From a virus: a DNA stretch of 64,000 bases. The number at the start of each line of letters is the position of its first letter. Within the stretch, counting starts at the first letter, position 1. Shown piece by piece: positions 25,125 through 31,817 of the stretch. Position numbers and translations under genes: made by a program. Below the pieces are notes generated by a model, which saw only the letters and a program-made list of their open reading frames with translations, did not search any database and was not told the DNA's origin. The stretch lies in IMG/VR virus record IMGVR_UViG_3300036792_000363, positions 1 to 64,000 of that record; one strand, 5' to 3'.

Positions 25125-25859
25125 GTGCCGCCCGTACGACGCACTGACCCGGCCCACCGCCAGCTGGCGGACTACTACAAGCAGCGGATCCTGTCAGGCG
25201 AGCTGCGCCCCGGCGACCCGATCCCGTCAGTCCGGCAGATGGCCCGCGCCTCGCAGGTCTCCCCCGCCACCGCCCAGCGCGCGATCGAGTGGCTGAGGGC
25301 GGGCCGGCTGGTGGACACCGGCCCGGCCGGCACGGTGGTCGCCCCGCTGCGGGCCGCCATCTCCCCGCAGCAGCGGCTGCGGCTGACCGGGGACCCGGAG
25401 TCGGAGTCGCAGGAGGTCACCTCCGCCGGCCTGGTCGAGGCGCCCGAGTACGTCCGGGCGATCTTCGGCCTGGCGGAGGGCGACGCGGTGCTCCGCCGCG
25501 AATGGGTGACGCTGGAGGACGGCGGGCCGTCGCGGCTGACCGTGACCTGGCACCGGGCGGACGCCTCCGGCCTGGTGCCGGAGCTGCTGGCCGAGGCCCC
25601 GCTACCCGACCCGCGGGGCGGGGCGGCGATGATCGCGGCGCGCTCGGGCTGGGACCTGGCGGTCCTTCGCGGCGGCAGCGCGTTCGAGTGCCGGGCAGCG
25701 AAGGACGACGGCCGGGAGCGGCCGCTGCTGCGCCTGGCGCGCGGGGCGTGCGTGCTGGCCGGGGTGTGGACCTGGGCCGGGCCGGACGGCGAGGTGGCCG
25801 AGTACGGCGAGTACATCGTGCCGCCCGGCCGGGTGATCGAGGCGGACATCGAGCCGTAG
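25125..25859 (+). CDS. GntR/HutC-family repressor with UTRA domain (KorSA/TraR-like), divergent from the transfer operon
   Basis: QLADYYKQRILSGELRPGDPIPSVRQMARASQVSPATAQRA winged helix plus C-terminal UTRA-like region; RBS AGGAG, GTG start. Confidence 0.9.
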   Translation: MPPVRRTDPAHRQLADYYKQRILSGELRPGDPIPSVRQMARASQVSPATAQRAIEWLRAGRLVDTGPAGTVVAPLRAAISPQQRLRLTGDPESESQEVTSAGLVEAPEYVRAIFGLAEGDAVLRREWVTLEDGGPSRLTVTWHRADASGLVPELLAEAPLPDPRGGAAMIAARSGWDLAVLRGGSAFECRAAKDDGRERPLLRLARGACVLAGVWTWAGPDGEVAEYGEYIVPPGRVIEADIEP

Positions 25860-25873
25860 ACCCCCGGGAACCA

Positions 25874-25914
25874 AGAAAAAGACCTGCCGTGGCTGGTGCG
25901 GCAGGTCTTTTTCT
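25874..25914. terminator. Bidirectional intrinsic terminator between converging genes
   Basis: AGAAAAAGACCTGCCG ... CGGCAGGTCTTTTTCT. Confidence 0.85.
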
Positions 25915-26081
25915 ATTCCGGAAGCATCTTCAGGGCGTTGATGGCGCGCACCGCGCGCAGCCGGCAGTCGCAGATGAGCGACACCTCCGACCGGGGGCAC
26001 CGCGGCCACGCCTGCGAGCAGTCCTCCTCGATCGCGGCCAGCGTCCGGGCCACCGCCGCCAGCGCCTGCGGCGAGCCCAGG

Positions 26082-26411
26082 TCAGGCAAGGCTCTCCCAC
26101 TGCCACGTCGGCAGGCCGGCCGTGGTCAGGCGCACCCGGTACTGGCCCGGCGGCGGCATGACCCCGGGGATGAAGGCCTCCTCCACGGCGCACGTCAGCA
26201 GCTCGCCGCCGACCCGCTCGCGCAGCGGGTGCTTGGCGCGCCACCCGTCGTCGGTGACCTCCACCAGGTGCGCGGTCTCCTCCTCGGCGAGGATCTCCGC
26301 CACGGTCGTCGGCCGGGGGCAGCCGGGGCGCGAGCACACCACCGCGCCGCCCTCGCCCAGCGTCAGGAACTCCCCGCAGCCCTGCGGGCAGTGGCCCGCC
26401 ACCCAGATCAT
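26082..26411 (-). CDS. Cys-rich actinophage protein (DUF6085-like)
   Basis: GHCPQGCG...VVCSRPGCPRP...HPLRER...LLTC. Confidence 0.6.
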   Translation of the reverse strand: MIWVAGHCPQGCGEFLTLGEGGAVVCSRPGCPRPTTVAEILAEEETAHLVEVTDDGWRAKHPLRERVGGELLTCAVEEAFIPGVMPPPGQYRVRLTTAGLPTWQWESLA

Positions 26412-26929
26412 CAGATCGTCCCGAAGCGGCCGAAGTCGGGGATCGGCGTCGCGGTCAGGCACGTCCACACGTGCAGCACCTCGCCGATGTTGACGTGCTT
26501 GTCCTCCGGCGCGATGACCTGCACGCCGGTGAGGTCGGGGTAGAGCAGGCGGTTGGCGTCGCGCACCTCCGCCCAGCCGGCGAGGGCGTCGCTCTGGTAG
26601 TACGACAGCGACAGGTGCCCCCACAGCTGCCCGTCGTCCTCGCGCATCACCGAGTGCAGCAGCTTCAGCCGGGTGCGCGGGTGCGTCCAGCCGCCGGCCC
26701 CGTCGCTGCCCTCGAACGCCTGCCGGTAGCCGGCCTGCCTCAGCCGCTGCCGCTGGCCGGGCAGGTCCGCCCGCCACCGCGCCTGCATCCCCTCGTCGGC
26801 GAGCGCCGCGGCGTGCGCGGCGATGATCTCCGGCCGGGAGGAGATCTCCTCGTACAGCGTCCTCATGCGGCCGGCCGCGTCGCCGGCGGCCGCCTGGTTC
26901 ACGCGCTTCAGCGCTGACTGTCGTCCCAT
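26411..26929 (-). CDS. Conserved phage protein (DUF7694-like C-terminal domain)
   Basis: HLSLS...W.EV...VIAPEDKHVNI..VLHVW; GCGTAGTA-N6-ATG upstream. Confidence 0.6.
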   Translation of the reverse strand: MGRQSALKRVNQAAAGDAAGRMRTLYEEISSRPEIIAAHAAALADEGMQARWRADLPGQRQRLRQAGYRQAFEGSDGAGGWTHPRTRLKLLHSVMREDDGQLWGHLSLSYYQSDALAGWAEVRDANRLLYPDLTGVQVIAPEDKHVNIGEVLHVWTCLTATPIPDFGRFGTI

Positions 26930-27573
26930 GTTCCCTACTACGCCCGAGCGCCCCTCGTCCGCCTGGCGCGGGGACTACTTTACTTGAGTTGAGCCCGGGC
27001 GTCCCGCAAACTGGGAGTACGCGGCCGTGTGCCCCCCCGAGACCCCCCCTTAACTCCCTGGTTCCCCATGGCGGGTCACTGCGGGTAGTCGGTGGTGGAT
27101 GGTCCGAAGTCCGGAAGAAACCATGGCAGAAATCTAAGAAGATGCAAGCCAGATGGCTTTTATCCCCCCGGCTAAAACCCGCATGCGGCACTCGCTACCC
27201 GGGTCCGTCAGTCGTGTTCTATTCCCGCCATTCAACTGCCGGTGGCTCCCGGCTTGAAGCTCTGAGCAGGCGGCTAGTGAGACCGCGGCACGCCCGGCGC
27301 GTCCGTGGGGACCTTCTACGGGAATGCGGCAAGTACCAGATCTGACCTGGGTTTGACCGGGTGACTAGTCCGGCGCTGCTCGATGTGTATCTCATCGGTC
27401 ACTTCAGCCAGGTGCCAGGCTACCGCTTGGCTCGGGTAAAGAAAAGACCCCCGCTGTCTCGCCCTGGCTGAAGTGACAAAACCAGGGCGGGCGAATCCTC
27501 ATTGGCGGTCAGGCCGAGGACGCGGGGGCCTTCTCCTAGCACACAAACCTCGCCGTGCAGGGCAATCACCAGT
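26930..27573. other. ~640-bp non-coding, less GC-rich, structured block (candidate origin or ncRNA)
   Basis: No credible ORF; G/C runs; 15-bp perfect inverted repeat 27399-27413/27463-27477; degenerate operator at 26978-26993. Confidence 0.45.
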
Positions 27574-28089
27574 CTACCCCGGCAGGACCTCGGACAACAG
27601 TTCCTCCGCCGCCAGGGCCACCGGCACCAGGTCGCCGTCCTCGCCGGGCAGCAGCAGGACGCCGGAGCACCGCAGCGACACCGGGGTGCCGTGCACCACC
27701 CGGGCCCCGAGGCTGCGCCGGACCACCCCGAGCGGCCGCAGCGCCACGCCCAGCGGGATGTCCGTCGTGTGCAGCTCGCGCGCGACCGAGGCCGAGCCGA
27801 GCCGCTGCGGCAGGTACACCGACGTGACGCGCCCCATGTCGCGGGCCCCGGAGGCCCGCAGCACCGCCTTGCGCCGCACCCCGGCGGTCGCCCCGTCGCG
27901 CCACGACTCCAGCAGGTGGTGTTCGCGCTCGTCCAGCGCGAGCGGGACGGTGCGGTGCAGGTTCGCGCAGACGACGGCCCCGCCGGCCGCGGACTCGGCG
28001 ACCTCGCTGAACAGCGCGCCGGCGTCCAGCCGCATCAGGTAGTGGTCCAGGGCGGGAGAGTGTGTCCCGGCGGTAGTGGTCATGGCCAT
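27574..28089 (-). CDS. Chorismate pyruvate-lyase (UbiC)/UTRA-fold protein
   Basis: VRRKAVLR...RVTSVYLPQRL...LHTTDIPLGVALRPL resembles the UbiC/DUF98 R.v.L...S...l...d.PLG..L pattern. Confidence 0.6.
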   Translation of the reverse strand: MAMTTTAGTHSPALDHYLMRLDAGALFSEVAESAAGGAVVCANLHRTVPLALDEREHHLLESWRDGATAGVRRKAVLRASGARDMGRVTSVYLPQRLGSASVARELHTTDIPLGVALRPLGVVRRSLGARVVHGTPVSLRCSGVLLLPGEDGDLVPVALAAEELLSEVLPG

Positions 28090-28148
28090 CCATACCTCTC
28101 TCCCGCCCCGGCCTGCCTGCTCACACTCCTATACGTAGTCGCACGTTG

Positions 28149-28796
28149 TCAACCGGTGACCGTGATCTCCGTGCGGAAGCACCAGGCGATGCCGGGGTCC
28201 TTCATCCCGAAGCCGCCCGGCGGCGCCTTGCGGTTCATCATCACCGAGGTGCCCTCGTCGTAGCACCGGCGCAGGACGTGGCCCGGCCGCGGCCGCCCGC
28301 CGCCGGTCGCCCAGCACCACTCGTTCCAGGGGAAGCACGCCTGGTCCTCGCTGAACGTGGCCTGCCCCTCGATGACGGTGAGCGCGCCGGTCACCCGCGG
28401 GTAGCCGGGGTCCATCGGCAGGTAGAAGCTGCGGGCCTCGTCCTCCCCCTCCGCCGCCGACAGGTGCGCCTGGTCGCGGCTGAACTCGGTCACGCCGTCG
28501 GCGCCCACCCCGAAGCAGGTCCGGCCCCGCTCCAGCGGGTACCCCTCGCCGACGATGAGCGCCGCCAGGTTGGCCAGCCCGGAGAACACCACCCCGTTGC
28601 CCTCGTCGTGCACCGTCCCGCACTCCGGCTCGCGGAACATCACCCGCATCCAGCTCCCGTTCAGCGCCCGGCCGGGGGTGCCCGCCCGCGCCAGCCACGC
28701 GCGCGCGTGCCTCGTCTGGTCGGCGCTGTACTTCTCCACCGTGCACCGGGGGTACCACCCGATGCCCTCCCTGTGACCTGCGTCCATCCCGCTCAC
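28149..28796 (-). CDS. Probable virion (tail/baseplate-associated) protein
   Basis: N.vv..GL..L..L, FGVG, F.WNEW, MNRK..G.K..G..W pattern typical of phage structural proteins; late-type motif CCGATTGC upstream. Confidence 0.55.
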   Translation of the reverse strand: MSGMDAGHREGIGWYPRCTVEKYSADQTRHARAWLARAGTPGRALNGSWMRVMFREPECGTVHDEGNGVVFSGLANLAALIVGEGYPLERGRTCFGVGADGVTEFSRDQAHLSAAEGEDEARSFYLPMDPGYPRVTGALTVIEGQATFSEDQACFPWNEWCWATGGGRPRPGHVLRRCYDEGTSVMMNRKAPPGGFGMKDPGIAWCFRTEITVTG

Positions 28797-28930
28797 GCGC
28801 TGCTCCCTTCCTGCGGCGGCAATCGGACGCGGGGATGGAAAAACCGGGAAACCATGGCCGGATGCGCAAACGAGACCTAAGCTGCCGCAGGGTGCGCTTC
28901 CGCCGGGGTGGCGGCGCGAGGGAGGGGTCG

Positions 28931-30286
28931 ATGAGCACGCAGGAGAGCAGCCCGAGAGACGGCGGCCGGAGATTCGGGCTGCCGGAGAGGGCGGCCCGCA
29001 AGAAGGGCAGGCCGGCGGCGGGGCTGCCGAGGACCAGGGCGGCGAGCGCCCTGCTGGCCGACCCGCCGGTGGCCGGGCCGACCGGGCGGATCCCGCTCGG
29101 GGACCCGGAACCGGAGTCGGCCGGGCCCGGGCGGGCGGAGCCCGCCGAGATCAACCCGGCGGCCATCCGGCTGTCGCTGGAGGGGATGGAGGCCGACGCG
29201 CAGAAGTGCGCGGGCGACTTCTACGGCTACCTGTTCAACGGGTGCCCGCGCCTGCGGGAGCTGTTCCCGCCGATGATGGACGTGCAGAACGAGCGGCTGT
29301 TCGCGGCGCTGCTGAAGATCGCGTCGCTGCTGGAGACCCCGGACCAGCTGGCCCGCTACCTCGCCCAGCTGGGCGCCGACCACCGCAAGTACGGGGTGCG
29401 CCCGGAGCACTACGCGCCGGTCGGGGACGCGCTGCTGCGCACCCTGCGCCGGCACTGCCCCAACTGGAGCGCCGAGGCGGAGGCGTCGTGGGCGGCCGCC
29501 TACGCGATGGCCGCCGAGCACATGATCTTCGCCGCCGCCACGGCGCGGGGCCCCGCCACCTGGCGGGCGCAGGTGATCCGGCACGAGCAGCGCGCCCGCG
29601 GGCTGGCGGTGCTCACCCTGCAGACCGACCAGCCGCTGCCGTACCGGCCGGGGCAGTACATCACCGTGCAGCACCCGAAGTGGCCGCGGGTGTGGCGGCA
29701 GTTCTCGATCGCCAACCCGCCGCAGATGTACGGCGAGCGCAGCCTCATCGAGCTGCACGTGCGCCAGGTGCGCGGCGGCTGGGTGAGCGGCGCGCTGGTG
29801 CGCGACACGGAGCTGTTCAGCGAGGTGACCATCGGGCCGCCGGCCGGGCTGATGACCGCCGACGCGCTCGGCGAGCGCGACCTGGTGGCGGTGGCCGGCG
29901 GCACCGGCCTCGCCCCGGTGAAGGCGGTCGTGGCGGCGGTGCTGATGGCCGACGAGGCCTCCGTGGCGGCCGGCGGCGGGTACCGGCGCAACATCCACCT
30001 GTTCCACGGCGCGCAGACCCCGACCGGCCTGTACGACATGCCCGCGCTGCGCGAGCTGTCGGATGTCTACCCCTGGCTGCAGGTGGTGCCGGTGGTGGCG
30101 GACGAGAACTTCCCCGGGCTGACCGGCTGCGTCTCCGACGCGGCGCTCGACTACGCGGAGTGGGCCGGCCGGGAGGCGCTCATCGCAGGCCCGCCGGACA
30201 TGACCGCGCTGGCCGTCAAGCAGTTCCGGGACGCAGGGTTCCTGGACATGCAGGTGCACTACGACCAGCTGGAGACGCAAGGGTAG
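28931..30286 (+). CDS. Globin-domain FAD/NAD(P)H oxidoreductase (flavohaemoglobin-like) with an ~85-aa low-complexity N-terminal extension
   Basis: Globin DFYGYLF..CP.LRELF...QLGADHRKYGVRPEHY..VGDALL; FAD-binding YRPGQY, RQFSIAN; NAD-binding VAGGTGLAP, GPPDM; RBS GGAGG. Confidence 0.92.
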   Translation: MSTQESSPRDGGRRFGLPERAARKKGRPAAGLPRTRAASALLADPPVAGPTGRIPLGDPEPESAGPGRAEPAEINPAAIRLSLEGMEADAQKCAGDFYGYLFNGCPRLRELFPPMMDVQNERLFAALLKIASLLETPDQLARYLAQLGADHRKYGVRPEHYAPVGDALLRTLRRHCPNWSAEAEASWAAAYAMAAEHMIFAAATARGPATWRAQVIRHEQRARGLAVLTLQTDQPLPYRPGQYITVQHPKWPRVWRQFSIANPPQMYGERSLIELHVRQVRGGWVSGALVRDTELFSEVTIGPPAGLMTADALGERDLVAVAGGTGLAPVKAVVAAVLMADEASVAAGGGYRRNIHLFHGAQTPTGLYDMPALRELSDVYPWLQVVPVVADENFPGLTGCVSDAALDYAEWAGREALIAGPPDMTALAVKQFRDAGFLDMQVHYDQLETQG

Positions 30287-31462
30287 GTGCTGATGTTCAC
30301 CTCCAGGCGCAGGACGACGGCGGAGTCCGTCCCCCTGGAAGAAGCCGAAAGGTTCGTGCGCGAGTACCACGCCGAGAACGGGGGCGAGGAGGGCAGGCGG
30401 CTGCGCGAGGTGCGCGCGTCGATCGCGCGCACCGGCACGTACCGGCACACGACGGCGGAGCTGGCGTGGGCGGCGCGGGCCGCCTGGCGGCACAGCGCCC
30501 GGTGCACCGGGCGCTACAACTGGCGCACGCTGCGGGTGCGGGACCTGCGCGGGGTCTCCGACCCCGACCGGGTGGCGGCGGAGACGATCGAGCACCTGCG
30601 CGTCGCCACCAACGGCGGCAGGGTCCGCTCCTACATCACGGTGTTCGCGCCGGACGAGCCGGGGCTGCCGGGGCCGCGCATCCTCAACGCCCAGACGGTG
30701 CGCTACGCCGGCTACCGGCAGCCGGGCGGCGAGGTGACCGGCGACCCGGGCAACGTCGGCCTCACCGACCTGGCGCGGGGGCTGGGCTGGCGCGGGGGCG
30801 GCGGGTCGTTCGACGTCCTGCCGCTGGTGATCTCCTCGGGCGGCCGGCTGCGGCTGTTCGAGGTGCCGCGGGACGCGGTGCTGGAGGTGCCGATCACCCA
30901 CCCCGACTTCCCCTGGTTCGCGGGGCTGGGGCTGCGCTGGTACGCGGTCCCGGTGGTGACCGACATGTACCTGGAGGCGGGCGGGGTGCGCTACCCGTGC
31001 GCCCCGTTCAACGGCTGGTACCAGGCGTCCACCGAGGTGGGCGTGCGCAACTTCGGGGACGAGGCGCGCTACGGGATGCTGCCCGCGGTGGCGGCGGGGA
31101 TGCGGCTGGACACGAGCAGCGAGTCGACGCTGTGGCGCGACCGCGCGGCGGTGGAGCTGGCGGTGGCGGTCACCCACAGCTTCAAGGCGGCCGGGGTGAT
31201 GGCGACCGACCACCAGACCGAGACGCGCCGGTTCATGAAGTTCGCGGAGACCGAGCGGGCGGCGGGGCGGCCGTGGAGCGCGGACTGGGGGTGGATCGTC
31301 CCGCCAATCGGGGGCTCGACCACCCCGCCGTTCCACGCGACCTACCCGAACGAGACGCTCACCCCGGGGTTCTTCCGGCACGACCCGCCGGACACCGCGC
31401 TCGCGGCGTGCCCGTTCGAGCACGGCGGCGCCTGGCGGGGCACCGCCAGCATCGCCGGCTGA
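30287..31462 (+). CDS. nos: Nitric oxide synthase oxygenase (bacterial type)
   Basis: Heme-thiolate motif AWRHSARCTGR, NAQTVRYAGY, GDP, FDVLPL, WYAVP, PFNGWY...TEVGVRNF, DHQT, ADWGWIVPP. Confidence 0.97.
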   Translation: MLMFTSRRRTTAESVPLEEAERFVREYHAENGGEEGRRLREVRASIARTGTYRHTTAELAWAARAAWRHSARCTGRYNWRTLRVRDLRGVSDPDRVAAETIEHLRVATNGGRVRSYITVFAPDEPGLPGPRILNAQTVRYAGYRQPGGEVTGDPGNVGLTDLARGLGWRGGGGSFDVLPLVISSGGRLRLFEVPRDAVLEVPITHPDFPWFAGLGLRWYAVPVVTDMYLEAGGVRYPCAPFNGWYQASTEVGVRNFGDEARYGMLPAVAAGMRLDTSSESTLWRDRAAVELAVAVTHSFKAAGVMATDHQTETRRFMKFAETERAAGRPWSADWGWIVPPIGGSTTPPFHATYPNETLTPGFFRHDPPDTALAACPFEHGGAWRGTASIAG

Positions 31463-31470
31463 GGGCTAGG

Positions 31471-31800
31471 TCAGGCGATCTTCCCGGCGCACAGCGGCGC
31501 GAACGCGCTGGCGAAGTTGAAGTTGGAGGGCTGGTTGGCGGTGCCGAAGAACACCCCCGACACGGTGCCCAGGTAGTCGACGACCTGCAGCGCGTACTCC
31601 GCGTCGGACTGGCTCCCCGGGTTCTCGGTGTTCGCCTCGCTGGCGAACCCCAGCTGCTGCAGGTAGGCCAGCCCGTTGCCCTGCCCGTTGATCCACCCGT
31701 TGAGGGTGACCGCCTGCTGGTTGAGGTCCCGCAGCCCCACCGTCAGGTCGGTGAGGATCTGGCTGACGGTAGCGGCGCTCGCCTGGTTCCCTACGCTCAT
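31471..31800 (-). CDS. Probable small virion/tail-associated protein (109 aa)
   Basis: Follows the tail tip gene; CCGATCAT-N6-ATG start. Confidence 0.65.
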   Translation of the reverse strand: MSVGNQASAATVSQILTDLTVGLRDLNQQAVTLNGWINGQGNGLAYLQQLGFASEANTENPGSQSDAEYALQVVDYLGTVSGVFFGTANQPSNFNFASAFAPLCAGKIA

Positions 31801-31817
31801 GCCCGGATGATCGGCGG

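Noticed and set aside
21176-25914. Complete integrated AICE or plasmid
   Set aside because: No integrase, RepSA/RepAM or att-like repeats recognisable around the module
26989-27345. Plus-strand ORF in the non-coding block (and 6470-6706 in the ncRNA region)
   Set aside because: No RBS, atypical codon use and no motifs; treated as non-coding
28931-31462. NOS as part of a nitration biosynthetic cluster (thaxtomin/rufomycin type)
   Set aside because: No P450, NRPS or other biosynthetic genes in the window; flanks are phage structural genes
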